DNA from: a virus
Lineage: Duplodnaviria > Caudoviricetes
Virus record (IMG/VR): IMGVR_UViG_3300020045_005022
Span: 1 to 37,562 of that record
Direction: 5' to 3' (one strand)
DNA: 37,562 bases
Shown here: piece by piece, positions 7,282 to 17,086 of the stretch
Layout: each line of letters begins with the position of its first letter
Numbering within the stretch: position 1 is the first letter of the stretch
Program-made: the position numbers and the translations under genes
Notes under the pieces: generated by a model
The model's input: the letters and a program-made list of their open reading frames with translations, nothing else
The model's database searches: none
Told to the model about the DNA's origin: nothing

Positions 7282-7466
7282 TTGAGCCGCTAATGCTAGG
7301 CGCAACGATACGTATGCTGATTGAAATATACCAGCGGTGTTTTATAGTCAGGCCATGTGAGCATAAATACCGGCTGACCATGCACAGCACCGGGCAACAA
7401 TTTTGTTATTCATGCCGGAGAGAATTGAAGCTGGATGACAGTTTTTACCCGAGACATGCGCGATGA
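7278..7466 (+). CDS. Hypothetical protein with CxH...CxxC
   Basis: GTGA overlap; CEH...CYSC. Confidence 0.45.
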   Translation: MIEPLMLGATIRMLIEIYQRCFIVRPCEHKYRLTMHSTGQQFCYSCRRELKLDDSFYPRHAR

Positions 7467-7555
7467 CAGCATGGATGGTATTTATAATCGCAATCATCGC
7501 AGAATTATATTTTTATGATGAGATATGCGCGTTTATAAACTCGATAGCAAGCGAC

Positions 7556-7585
7556 AAAAAGCCCCGTGATTAGTGGGGCTTGGTT
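7556..7585. terminator. Terminator between convergent units
   Basis: AAGCCCC-N9-GGGGCTT with flanking A5 (U tract on the minus strand). Confidence 0.7.
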
Positions 7586-7753
7586 TCATAGATTATCAAG
7601 TGCGGCCATAATAGCCAGTTCAATAAATTTGGTTCGCGGCGTTGGCATTGCCGCGATCAGGTCTGGCGGGAGCTTGATGCACAAAGGCTTCCGTAAGATG
7701 TCCTTTTTCTTAGCACCAGAGCCTTCCCTGGCTCCTCCGTGTTGGTTAGTCAT
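7586..7753 (-). CDS. Small ribbon-helix-helix-like DNA-binding protein
   Basis: HGGAREGSGAKKK arm, strand PLCIKLP, helix RTKFIELAIMAAL. Confidence 0.7.
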   Translation of the reverse strand: MTNQHGGAREGSGAKKKDILRKPLCIKLPPDLIAAMPTPRTKFIELAIMAALDNL

Positions 7754-7979
7754 ATCCATACCCAACAACATTGTTATAGACACGATTATTTTTAACGTTG
7801 AATTGCATTGCGTCACCAAAGCAAGGATTTATTACTAATCTATACTCGCCGCCGCGCCCCCTAGCCCATGCCTTAATGCGCTTTATACAAGTGTCTGTGC
7901 AGCTATCAAAACAGCATCCCTGATCATTAACCAAAGATGCGTTATAAGTTTTCATTTCTTTTTCGTGCAAGTCAGTCAT
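7746..7979 (-). CDS. Hypothetical moron protein (77 aa)
   Basis: AGGAGA ribosome-binding site; overlaps the RHH gene start. Confidence 0.65.
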   Translation of the reverse strand: MTDLHEKEMKTYNASLVNDQGCCFDSCTDTCIKRIKAWARGRGGEYRLVINPCFGDAMQFNVKNNRVYNNVVGYGYD

Positions 7980-8023
7980 TTTCTTATCTCCTAAAGGGTT
8001 CGGTAAATCCAAACCATGAACAT

Positions 8024-8052
8024 AGTATCCTCTCAATAATGAATGTTGTCAA
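8024..8052 (-). promoter_or_regulatory. sigma70 promoter of the inverted moron
   Basis: TTGACA-17 nt-GATACT. Confidence 0.65.
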
Positions 8053-8075
8053 TACTTATTTCAAGATATTTAATA

Positions 8076-8102
8076 TTGCACTGTTTAATTAAATGCTACA
8101 AT
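8076..8102 (+). promoter_or_regulatory. Candidate promoter for the packaging/late operon
   Basis: Extended -10 TGCTACAAT; TTGCAC 15 nt upstream. Confidence 0.45.
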
Positions 8103-8142
8103 GGATATATGGATAAACGAATATCATTAATTGAGGTGTTAG

Positions 8143-8403
8143 ATGAGTGAGAGTAACTTACCAATGGATTATGAATGGCTAAGCAGTGTTGCGAGCGATG
8201 CGCTTATAAGCGCAAAGGAAATACATCAGATGTTTGGCTATAAAAGCGATGCAATATGGGGCAGAGTAAAACGCGGCGAATTTCCTGACCCAGACCTTAA
8301 AATGAAATCTAATCTGACCGCTGGCAAGCCACGTATATATTGGAAAGCATGCACTGTGCGTAAAGAAATAAAAAGGATACTAGATGATCACGCCACAGCC
8401 TAA
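8143..8403 (+). CDS. AlpA/excisionase-like winged-HTH protein
   Basis: ISAKEIHQMFG...IWGRVKRGEFPDP...YW. Confidence 0.7.
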   Translation: MSESNLPMDYEWLSSVASDALISAKEIHQMFGYKSDAIWGRVKRGEFPDPDLKMKSNLTAGKPRIYWKACTVRKEIKRILDDHATA

Positions 8404-8638
8404 GATAGGACTAGATAGGACTAAAACAGGTAGGGGCAAGGGTACAGTCAACAAGGTCACAAAGGAGCTTAAAGATATGATTTTGGGCGCTCTTGCTGAT
8501 GTTGGAGGGCAGGACTATCTTGCTCAGCAGGCAATTGAAAACCCCGGTGCTTTTATGAGCCTGGTGGGTAAGGTCTTGCCAAAAGACTTGAACATTCAGG
8601 CCGATGCGACTATAAATGTGATCTTAAATAAACCGTGA
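8384..8638 (+). CDS. terS: Terminase small subunit (probable)
   Basis: GRGKGTVNKVT...GGQDYL...NPGAFMSLVGKVLP; upstream of terL. Confidence 0.7.
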   Translation: MITPQPKIGLDRTKTGRGKGTVNKVTKELKDMILGALADVGGQDYLAQQAIENPGAFMSLVGKVLPKDLNIQADATINVILNKP

Positions 8639-8647
8639 GGATTTGAG

Positions 8648-8818
8648 ATGAAAACAATAGTAGTAATAGCGTTGATACTGGCAGGATGTGCAACACAAGC
8701 GCCATATTCAGCACCACAGCAGCTAGAGCGCGAGTTTGGCGGCATAGAGATCGGTAAAGATTTTACGCCGTTGAGCGCCGACGTAGATAAGGCGATTAAA
8801 GTTAATTTTGGACATTAA
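8648..8818 (+). CDS. Small lipoprotein (56 aa)
   Basis: MKTIVVIALILAGC lipobox; GAGG ribosome-binding site; below the ORF-track cutoff. Confidence 0.7.
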   Translation: MKTIVVIALILAGCATQAPYSAPQQLEREFGGIEIGKDFTPLSADVDKAIKVNFGH

Positions 8819-8938
8819 ACCAAAAATTACATTTTTACGCGGTGTATGGCGCTGTTCGCTGGGGTTTAATATTGGGACTGGACTAACGCCTAGTGAATCA
8901 TTTATTGCGTGGAGAAAATGCGATTATAGGCATTACTG

Positions 8939-10372
8939 GTGCGAATAGAATTACCTAGCAACTGGACTCCAAGGCCGTACCAGTTGCCGGTCTGGAAATA
9001 CCTACACGATGGCGGAAAACGTGCTGTTACTCGCTGGCATAGACGCGCCGGGAAAGATGATGTTTTTTTAAACTGGACAGCCATGTCCGCAGTTGAGAGG
9101 GTTGGCAATTACTGGTATATGTTGCCGCTTTTTGCACAAGCGCGTAAAAGCATGTGGGACGCAGTAACAGAACGCAAAATAGACGGTAAATCAGCAGCTA
9201 AAACCCGTATGGATTGGGCTATACCGGAAGGGTTGAGGAAGAACGTAAATCAGCAGGAAATGAAAATAACGCTGATAAACGGCTCTACAATACAGCTCGT
9301 AGGCTCCGACAGCTTTAACAGCCTGGTTGGCTCTCCACCTGTTGGCTTGGTGTTTTCGGAGTATGCAATTAGCAACCCGTCGGCCTGGGCATATCTAATG
9401 CCTATCCTGGAAGAAAACGGCGGCTGGGCCTGCTTCAATTCTACACCACGCGGAAAGAACCACTTTCAAAAGATTTGCATGATGGCTGAGGATAGGGCCG
9501 AATGGTTTTACGATACTCGCACCGTGGACGATACCGCCATCTTTACTCCGACGCAAATGGAAAACATACGCCAAGAACTGTACGCCCAATACGGCCAAGA
9601 GTTCGGCGAAGCCATGTTCCAGCAGGAATACTACGTATCATTCGAGGCCGCTGTGATTGGTGCGATATGGGCGGATTGCATTGAAAAACTTAGGTTCAAT
9701 GGTAGAATATGCAGCGTACCCCACGACCCAAAATACCCTGTCCATACAGCCTGGGACATTGGCAAGAAAGACAGCACAGCTATCTGGTTTTTTCAGGTCG
9801 TCGGGCAAGATATACACGTCATCAACTTCCACCAATCAAACCATAAGGAGATCGATTTTTATTGTGATGAGGTGTTACGTTATAACATTACATCGCTTGG
9901 TTATCGGTATGGCTCTCAATGGCTCCCTCACGATGCTACACAAGATCGGCTCGGGCAAGGCGGAAAGACCATATTGCAGCAGTTTATCGACCACGGCAAG
10001 CGCGGCGATTTGGGAAAGTTTAAACGCATTCCTAGCGTTAGCAGGGAGTCAGGCATACAAGCAGCGCGGGCAACATTTCCGCGCTGTAAGTTTGATGAGG
10101 CGCTGTGTGATGATGGTATCGAGGCGCTAAAGTTTTACCACCACGCCTACGACGACGAAAAAAAGATATTTAGCGACCAGCCAGTGCATGATTGGGCCTC
10201 AGACCCGGCTGACGCTTTTCGCTATCTGTCGCTGGTCTGGAAAGAAGCGCGAAACGAACCGGACGCTGGGCCAATAGATCAACAATTAATCAATAAATCC
10301 GTCCAGTCTATCAGTATGGGCAGTCTAACAAAACAGCATTTAAACCGCATGAAAGCAGCGAGACAAAATTGA
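8939..10372 (+). CDS. terL: Terminase large subunit
   Basis: RPYQ, HRRAGKD Walker A, VFSE, STPRG, AWDIG, HDWASDPADA. Confidence 0.96.
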   Translation: MRIELPSNWTPRPYQLPVWKYLHDGGKRAVTRWHRRAGKDDVFLNWTAMSAVERVGNYWYMLPLFAQARKSMWDAVTERKIDGKSAAKTRMDWAIPEGLRKNVNQQEMKITLINGSTIQLVGSDSFNSLVGSPPVGLVFSEYAISNPSAWAYLMPILEENGGWACFNSTPRGKNHFQKICMMAEDRAEWFYDTRTVDDTAIFTPTQMENIRQELYAQYGQEFGEAMFQQEYYVSFEAAVIGAIWADCIEKLRFNGRICSVPHDPKYPVHTAWDIGKKDSTAIWFFQVVGQDIHVINFHQSNHKEIDFYCDEVLRYNITSLGYRYGSQWLPHDATQDRLGQGGKTILQQFIDHGKRGDLGKFKRIPSVSRESGIQAARATFPRCKFDEALCDDGIEALKFYHHAYDDEKKIFSDQPVHDWASDPADAFRYLSLVWKEARNEPDAGPIDQQLINKSVQSISMGSLTKQHLNRMKAARQN

Positions 10373-12657
10373 TGAGCGACGAACAAGAATCAAGCGACGA
10401 CGTAGGAGAAGGCAGCGTTAAATACTGGTTTAACGAGCTGGAAGAAGCCAAGAAGCGAGACACAGGGTTTCACAAAGAAGGCAAGCGAATACTCAAGATT
10501 TACGAGTGCGAAGATGCCAACAAAGTTCCGTTTAATATTTTGTATTCAAACACCGATACGCTAATTCCGGCGCTGTACTCAGCAACTCCACGTCCTGTCA
10601 TATCGCGCAGATTTAAAGATGACGACCCGCTAAGCAAGGCGGCTACCGAGGCCGGTACGCGGATGCTTGAGTATCTGATTGATACTAACGTAGACGGCTA
10701 CGAGACATTTCATGAAGGTGCGTTATGCGCCACTATTGATGCGCTACTCCCTGGCCGGGGCTGTACTCGCATAAAATATGATGCCGAAATAGGTAGCACA
10801 GAAAGCGAAGAAGCCGAGCTGTCAGAAGGTGAAGAAGAGCCAGCGCAGCAGGTAGAGTCAGAATTGGTCTGTGTTGATTCAATAGCCTGGGACAAGGTGT
10901 TATTTGGCTATGCTAAAAAATGGTCAAGAGTGCCGTGGGTAGCTTTTGAGGAAATCATTGACGAGGAAGAAGCCGAAAGACTGTTCGGGAAGGACATAGC
11001 CGGGAAAATACAGTTTTTGGCCGAAGAAGACGACGGCGACGAAAAAGAGGATAAGAGCAGCAAGGACGAACACCAAGGTGGACGAAAAACAGCCACTATC
11101 TATCAAATATGGGACAAGGACGGCGGGCGCAAAGTGCGCTATGTGTCCAAGCATTACAAAGATGACTTTCTAAAGGTTGAGGATGACCCGCTTGAATTGA
11201 CCGGCTTTTATCCGATGCCTAGACCGCTGGTATTGCTGGCTAAATCTAATAATTTGGAAGTTACCGCGCCTTATCTCATTTATGAAAACCAGGCGAAAGA
11301 AATCAGCGACATAACCCGCCGTATTAATAAGCTGGTAAAGGCAATCAAGGCTAAGGGTGTTTATGACGCTGAGCTGGGTGGTGACATTGAAAACCTGATG
11401 GGCGGAGATGATAACGTGCTCATCCCCGCCGATAAATCAGCGGCCCTTGCCAGCGAAAAAGGCTTTGAGAACGCCATTTGGTTTATGCCTATCAAACAAA
11501 TGGTTGAGGTATTGGCCGAGCTTTACCGGGCAAGGGAAGCCTGTAAGCAGGTAATCTACGAAGTCACCGGCATATCTGACATCATCAGAGGCTCAACTGT
11601 AGCCAGTGAGACAGCAACCGCTCAGAGCATCAAGAGCCAATGGGGAACGATGCGCCTAAAGCGTAACCAAGGTGAGGTGCAGCGCTATTGCCGGGACATG
11701 ATGCGGATTATGTTGGAGATGGCCGCGACCAAGTTTTCCGAAGAATCGTGGGTGCAGATGACTAGCCTAAAATTCTCGACAGATCAGCAAGCAGCGCAGG
11801 CGCAGCAGGTTATGCAAGCCGCGCAACAAATACAAGCACAATATCAAGTCAACCCGCAGCAAATACCGCCGCAGCTACAGCAACAGCTACAGCAGGCGCA
11901 ACAGACCTTGCAGCAAATCAAATGGTCTGATGTATTGGCGCTGCTCAAAAACGACATGCAGCGGTCGTACAAAATCGACATCGAGACAAACTCGACAGTT
12001 TTACCGGAGGCGACAGAAGATAAAAACAAGATGAACGAGGCGCTTACCGCATTGTCAGGCTTCATAAAAGAAGCGCTTCCCGTCGTTCAGGAGGGCTTAC
12101 TGCCGTTTGACGGATTCAAGGCTATCCTGCTAAAAATCGCACGACAATTTGAATTTGGCGAGGAAATAGAAGGCATATTAGACGGGATGCAACAGCCCCC
12201 TCCACCACAGCCAGAGGCACAGCCCCCTGATAACTCTATGCAGATTAAACAGCTTGAGTTACAGGCGCAACAACAAGCTGACATTCAAAAAGCACAGGCC
12301 AACAACCAGCTTGAGGCGCAAAAACTTGAATCATCCCGGCTAATTGAAGAAGGCAAGGCAAAGACTCAAATGCACATCGAGCAAATGCGGAATGATGCAG
12401 CGCGAGAACTTGAAATGATGCGTCTGGAAAGCGCAGAGCGAATGGAGACATTCAAGGCTAATCTGGATGCAACTACACAGCTAGAAATAGCCAGCATTAG
12501 TGCCGTACAGTCCAGCGAGTCAGCAGCAGAGCAACCCGAAGAAAAAGAAAATAACGCAGAAACTATAGCGGCTCAGTTTGACATGATAATGGAGCATTTG
12601 AGCAGACCCAAAACACTCACACGCGGCGCAGATGGCCGCATAACCAGCATACACTAA
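10369..12657 (+). CDS. Portal protein with a long Gln-rich C-terminal coiled coil
   Basis: Follows terL; VTGISDIIRG...ETATAQ portal-type motif; 762 aa. Confidence 0.88.
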   Translation: MMSDEQESSDDVGEGSVKYWFNELEEAKKRDTGFHKEGKRILKIYECEDANKVPFNILYSNTDTLIPALYSATPRPVISRRFKDDDPLSKAATEAGTRMLEYLIDTNVDGYETFHEGALCATIDALLPGRGCTRIKYDAEIGSTESEEAELSEGEEEPAQQVESELVCVDSIAWDKVLFGYAKKWSRVPWVAFEEIIDEEEAERLFGKDIAGKIQFLAEEDDGDEKEDKSSKDEHQGGRKTATIYQIWDKDGGRKVRYVSKHYKDDFLKVEDDPLELTGFYPMPRPLVLLAKSNNLEVTAPYLIYENQAKEISDITRRINKLVKAIKAKGVYDAELGGDIENLMGGDDNVLIPADKSAALASEKGFENAIWFMPIKQMVEVLAELYRAREACKQVIYEVTGISDIIRGSTVASETATAQSIKSQWGTMRLKRNQGEVQRYCRDMMRIMLEMAATKFSEESWVQMTSLKFSTDQQAAQAQQVMQAAQQIQAQYQVNPQQIPPQLQQQLQQAQQTLQQIKWSDVLALLKNDMQRSYKIDIETNSTVLPEATEDKNKMNEALTALSGFIKEALPVVQEGLLPFDGFKAILLKIARQFEFGEEIEGILDGMQQPPPPQPEAQPPDNSMQIKQLELQAQQQADIQKAQANNQLEAQKLESSRLIEEGKAKTQMHIEQMRNDAARELEMMRLESAERMETFKANLDATTQLEIASISAVQSSESAAEQPEEKENNAETIAAQFDMIMEHLSRPKTLTRGADGRITSIH

Positions 12658-12669
12658 CAAGGAACAATC

Positions 12670-13065
12670 ATGGCATTAGCATATTTAGCAGCGACAAGAA
12701 ATGCACGACTTGACGCAATCACTACCAGCGCAGGCGCATCGGCATTATTACGCATTTACGACGGAATAAGGCCAGCAACCGGGGGCACGGCAACCACGCT
12801 ACTTGCCGAGCTTACATGTAATGCAACATTCGCCCCCGCAGCATCAGGAGGTGTGTTGACTTTAAATGCAATTACACAAGATTCCAGCGCCAACGCTACA
12901 GGTACAGCAACTTGGTTTCGCATCGTGAAAGCCGATGGGACTACATTGGTAATGGACGGCTCTGTTGGTGTGTCTGGCTCAGATTTAAACCTAACTACGA
13001 CATCCATTGTTATAACTCAACCAGTATCAGTGACATCCTTTGTACTGACTGAAGGAAATGCCTAA
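12670..13065 (+). CDS. Virion structural protein
   Basis: Ala/Thr/Gly-rich beta protein, ATGTATWFRI motif common in phage structural genes. Confidence 0.65.
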   Translation: MALAYLAATRNARLDAITTSAGASALLRIYDGIRPATGGTATTLLAELTCNATFAPAASGGVLTLNAITQDSSANATGTATWFRIVKADGTTLVMDGSVGVSGSDLNLTTTSIVITQPVSVTSFVLTEGNA

Positions 13066-13518
13066 ATGCCAGTGCTGTTGGATGAGCTAACCGCTGGGCC
13101 GTTGGCGACTGAAATTGCCCCACTTATTGCATCTGGTAACTATGGCGCTGTATCGGACTTGTTAAAAAGCACGATTTACACAAAATATGGTTGGATAACT
13201 GTCGCCAAGTTTAATGCGTGGTGCGCGGCAAATGGCGACGAGTATGTCAACATCGAAACACATGCAGCTAATTCAGCAAGCCCGTATTATTCAGCGGCAA
13301 AAAGTCTTTTGAGATGTCTTAATGGTGCGGTTGCTGATGGTGCGCTTAATCTGGACGATCAGCTGGTAATGGGGCTATTAAACTCATGGCCTTTTGTCGA
13401 TGGAACGGGAGTGACCAAAAATAGCTTAATCGCTCTTGGAACTTTTCCGGCCAGTCGAGGATATATTATTGAAGTTGATTGCTCTATTCAGGCAATTGCC
13501 GACGCATTAAGGATTTAA
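13066..13518 (+). CDS. Hypothetical (probably structural) protein
   Basis: Abutting ORF in the late operon. Confidence 0.6.
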   Translation: MPVLLDELTAGPLATEIAPLIASGNYGAVSDLLKSTIYTKYGWITVAKFNAWCAANGDEYVNIETHAANSASPYYSAAKSLLRCLNGAVADGALNLDDQLVMGLLNSWPFVDGTGVTKNSLIALGTFPASRGYIIEVDCSIQAIADALRI

Positions 13519-13519
13519 T

Positions 13520-13963
13520 ATGGCAACCATTACCGCAGTAACCGGCGCAAAATCAGCAGCTATCTTGACAATGGGGACATTGGCTACAGTTACTTATATA
13601 GCGTCATCAGCCTTTGACTGTACTACTAATAATCCACTAGATGTAATTGTGGAGATTGAAGTGGTAGCGGCTTTATCTGGAAATAAGCAGCTTGTAGTAT
13701 TTGCTATCGAGTCATTAGATGGTGGTACAACATGGCAATCCGGCCCAACGTCAAGCAATGTTGCAACAGACGAGAGTAATCTTACTTTTGTCGGTGTAGT
13801 ACCTATTACAACTGCATCACAACGCAGCGCAAAAGCTTTCAGTATTTTTAATGCTTTTGGCTACATTCCTCAGCAATTTAAGCTGGTCGTTAAAAATGAT
13901 ACAGGTGGTTCGCTCACGTCTGGGGCTGCTTATGCGTCTATAGTCACGGGTGCATCAGCTTAA
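13520..13963 (+). CDS. Probable beta-sandwich structural protein
   Basis: Beta-rich; ESLDGGTTW motif. Confidence 0.6.
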   Translation: MATITAVTGAKSAAILTMGTLATVTYIASSAFDCTTNNPLDVIVEIEVVAALSGNKQLVVFAIESLDGGTTWQSGPTSSNVATDESNLTFVGVVPITTASQRSAKAFSIFNAFGYIPQQFKLVVKNDTGGSLTSGAAYASIVTGASA

Positions 13964-13965
13964 GC

Positions 13966-15534
13966 ATGGCTAATTTAATCCTACCTTCAAAAAGGATTAG
14001 TCAGCCGCAACAGGTTACTGCTATAGATAGGAGTAATGCACTCGGTAAAAAAGTGCTCAACTTCTGGCCGTTGAATGATTCGCGCTTTACAGATATAGCA
14101 ATAAATAAACCAGCCGTAATAAATGGTAGTGCGGCAGTTGATGTTAGTTCAGCAGGTAGATTTTTTAAGGGAGGTGGTACATCATATATTGATCTAGGTG
14201 CTACCAGCCCAATTACCGACATAAATAGGCCTGTATCCTTTGCATTTTACTATAAACCTGGTACTGCCCCTGCCTATGCAGGGCTATTTACTACATTAGT
14301 ACCAGGCGAAACAAACCGATTTGTAATGATGTGGAGTACCGATGTCGGGTATGCGTTAGCATTAGGCAAAGGAACTGGATCACTGGCAAAAATACCAATA
14401 GCACCTCCTGCAAATGGAGTCGGTGTTTGGATAGTAATTACCTGTGCAGCGGGACTAGGCGCACCAGGTACGAACTTTGCTAGTTATAGTGCATTTTATA
14501 ATGGCGTTAAAACAACAGGGACAGCTGTAACAAATAGTTTTACCGCACAAACAGGTAACAAAAACTATATCGGCTGGGACGGTGCAGATAGTAAAATTAA
14601 TGGTTTATTGGGTAATTTTGTTATATTTGACGGCGTGTTATCAGATATTGAAGCGTTTAGTTATATCAACAACCCGTGGCAAATCTTAGCACCGCCGCCT
14701 AGACGGTTATTTGTAGCTCCAAGCGCAGGAAGCGGCACATCAGGAACGCTCGCTAGAGCAAACCTTAATGACTCTGTTTCAGCAAGCGGAACAACGTCAG
14801 TAATTGGCGCATTAGCAAAAACAAACTCAGTCGATAGCATAAACGCGAGCGGCTCAGTGGGTCTGTCGGTCACTGGATCACTTTCGGTGACTATCGCTAA
14901 TGACAGCATTTCAGCAAGCGGAAATACTGCTATTGTCGGAGTGCTTGCCAAAACCTCCGTAAACGACTTAATTTCTGCGAGTGGCACAGCATCGATACAG
15001 GGTTCGTTGCTCAAAACAGCAGCAAGCGACAGCATTTCAGCAAATGGCAGCGCTGGATCAATAACAGGGACGCTTGCAGCATCAAATAGCAATGACTCAG
15101 TAAGTGCTTTTGGTCAGTCAGGATTAGGAATATCAGCAAGAACAGGAGGAGGGGCTGGTTATCCTGGTCGTCATGCCATTGACTACCAGAACCAGCCAAA
15201 GACAAAATTAAAGCGCCATACGCTCAATGAACTTATGGACAGGGCCGAGGCGAGCTATCTAAACAAAGACGCGGAAAGCCCTTCCGTAAAGCTGGTAAAT
15301 GTAGCAAAAAACAAGCTATCGGAAGCGATTGAAGCCGAGCTGGAAGAAATTGCTCAGGATATAGCACCATCGGTAAGCTACAAGAATGAAATAACCGAAA
15401 TACAGCGATTCCTTGACGCTATTAATGATGAAAGCATAGAGAATGACGATATAGAAGTCCTTACAATTCACTATAACTATGAAAATGAGATGATTATTAA
15501 ATACTGTCAATTATTAAGGGGTATGTATGCCTAG
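13966..15534 (+). CDS. LamG/ConA-like fibre protein with six DSxSASG-type repeats and an acidic C-terminus
   Basis: FYNG...YIG...NGLLGNFVIFDGVLS LamG-like pattern; repeat stalk. Confidence 0.7.
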   Translation: MANLILPSKRISQPQQVTAIDRSNALGKKVLNFWPLNDSRFTDIAINKPAVINGSAAVDVSSAGRFFKGGGTSYIDLGATSPITDINRPVSFAFYYKPGTAPAYAGLFTTLVPGETNRFVMMWSTDVGYALALGKGTGSLAKIPIAPPANGVGVWIVITCAAGLGAPGTNFASYSAFYNGVKTTGTAVTNSFTAQTGNKNYIGWDGADSKINGLLGNFVIFDGVLSDIEAFSYINNPWQILAPPPRRLFVAPSAGSGTSGTLARANLNDSVSASGTTSVIGALAKTNSVDSINASGSVGLSVTGSLSVTIANDSISASGNTAIVGVLAKTSVNDLISASGTASIQGSLLKTAASDSISANGSAGSITGTLAASNSNDSVSAFGQSGLGISARTGGGAGYPGRHAIDYQNQPKTKLKRHTLNELMDRAEASYLNKDAESPSVKLVNVAKNKLSEAIEAELEEIAQDIAPSVSYKNEITEIQRFLDAINDESIENDDIEVLTIHYNYENEMIIKYCQLLRGMYA

Positions 15535-15958
15535 ATACGGCTATAAGTGCCCGGTATGCCTGCGGTCATTTGATCGTATCCTTCGAGTATCAGAACATAA
15601 GAGCGAAATGGAGTGTGATTGCGGCGGCATGGCAAGGCAGGTTATCACTGCGCCGACTGTCGTTATCCCTGCTCACATGCGTTGGGACTCGCAGCCTGGA
15701 TATGAATCACCAGCCAGCGGTCAGATTATCACCACCAACCGACAGCGTATAAATGACCTAGCCGCGACTGGATGCGTGGAGTACGATCCGGGCATGAGGC
15801 AGGATGTTGACCAGCGGGTCATCGATGACGACAAGGCGCTTGATAAAGCCGTAGATGATACGGTAGATAGAGAAATCGCAGCAATGCCAACCAAAAAACG
15901 CGAACGCCTCGATGTAGAAATGGCGCTCGGAATGAATGCTGAAACGGTGAGAATATAA
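15527..15958 (+). CDS. FmdB-like zinc-ribbon protein
   Basis: MPRYGYKCPVC...CDCG; precedes the scaffold. Confidence 0.8.
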   Translation: MPRYGYKCPVCLRSFDRILRVSEHKSEMECDCGGMARQVITAPTVVIPAHMRWDSQPGYESPASGQIITTNRQRINDLAATGCVEYDPGMRQDVDQRVIDDDKALDKAVDDTVDREIAAMPTKKRERLDVEMALGMNAETVRI

Positions 15959-15959
15959 T

Positions 15960-16901
15960 ATGAGCGAAGAAGTAGAGTTTGATTTTGATAGTAGCGTTGA
16001 TCTGATTGCTGATGAGATGAGCAGCGATTATGGCGATGACGATAATGTAATCGAAAATGATAATGATTTAGATTTGGATGCAACGGAAGAAGAAGCCGAA
16101 GAGCCCGAAGAAGAAGCGCCAGAGGTAGAAGCCAAAGCACCTCCTGCGTCATGGTCTAAAGAACAACACGAAAACTGGTCAAAGTTACCCAGGGAAGCGC
16201 AAGATTATATCGAATTGCGCGAAAAGCAGGTAGCTGACGGGATGAATGGGGCAAGAGAGGCCAAGGAATATTCGGAGTCTATTAAAAAAACTATAGAGCC
16301 ATACAGGGAAATGCTTAATCAGCATGGCGTAGATGAGAAAACGGCTATTGGTAATTTGCTTGGGTGGAACAAAACACTACAGTCTGGGACCATTGAGCAG
16401 CGGCAAAATGCTTTTATTGCGCTGGGTAATAACCTGGGCATTATCCCGCAGGAAGGACAGCCACAGGTTGACCCGCGCACACAAGAACTACAACAGCGTA
16501 TTGACCGCATAGAGCAGCAAGAAAACAACAGGCTACAATCTATACAGAAAGAGAACTACAGTCGTGTAGCGCAAGAGGTAGAGGCGTTCGCAACTGGTAA
16601 GGAGGATTTTGACCTGCTAGGTGATGACATTACTCTGATTTTAAAGTCAGGCGTTGACCTTGAAACAGCCTACGAAAAGGCGCGCTGGGCTAACCCTGTA
16701 ACCAGAGCAAAGGCGTTAGCTGAGTCAGTCGCAGAGCAAACCAAGGCTATCAACAAGAAGTCAACTGAGGCGGCAAAGTCTGCAATTAAGGCAAAATCGA
16801 CCAATGTTAGGCAGACCAAAACGAACCATATCCCGGCTGAGCCAGTGGGGAGCTGGGAAGATACGATGTCGGAGGCGTTATCGTCTATCAAGAGCAGATA
16901 A
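15960..16901 (+). CDS. Scaffolding protein
   Basis: Acidic N-terminus, PPASWSKE motif, helical; directly upstream of the capsid gene. Confidence 0.75.
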   Translation: MSEEVEFDFDSSVDLIADEMSSDYGDDDNVIENDNDLDLDATEEEAEEPEEEAPEVEAKAPPASWSKEQHENWSKLPREAQDYIELREKQVADGMNGAREAKEYSESIKKTIEPYREMLNQHGVDEKTAIGNLLGWNKTLQSGTIEQRQNAFIALGNNLGIIPQEGQPQVDPRTQELQQRIDRIEQQENNRLQSIQKENYSRVAQEVEAFATGKEDFDLLGDDITLILKSGVDLETAYEKARWANPVTRAKALAESVAEQTKAINKKSTEAAKSAIKAKSTNVRQTKTNHIPAEPVGSWEDTMSEALSSIKSR

Positions 16902-16911
16902 AGTCAATTAT

Positions 16912-16940
16912 TTGACACAAGCGATGTTACGTTATAACAT
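16912..16940 (+). promoter_or_regulatory. sigma70-like promoter upstream of the capsid gene
   Basis: TTGACA-17 nt-TAACAT. Confidence 0.55.
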
Positions 16941-16957
16941 AACACTATAATTTATGG

Positions 16958-17086
16958 CGATGCCCCCTACAGGGGATTAAGCATAACGCAGTAAATCACC
17001 TCACGGCCCAAGGCCCCTTACAGGGCAGCTCTAAGCAAGTGAAATGATGCAGTAAATCATTTTTCTAACTTACATAGGAGCTGCTC
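16958..17086 (+). promoter_or_regulatory. Structured capsid mRNA leader with duplicated motifs
   Basis: GCCCCYTACAGGG x2, TAAGCA x2, GCAGTAAATCA x2; stem covering the RBS. Confidence 0.55.

Noticed and set aside
8910-8940. Remnant resembling a dNMP-kinase start (IIGITG) before terL
   Set aside because: Too short to distinguish from chance
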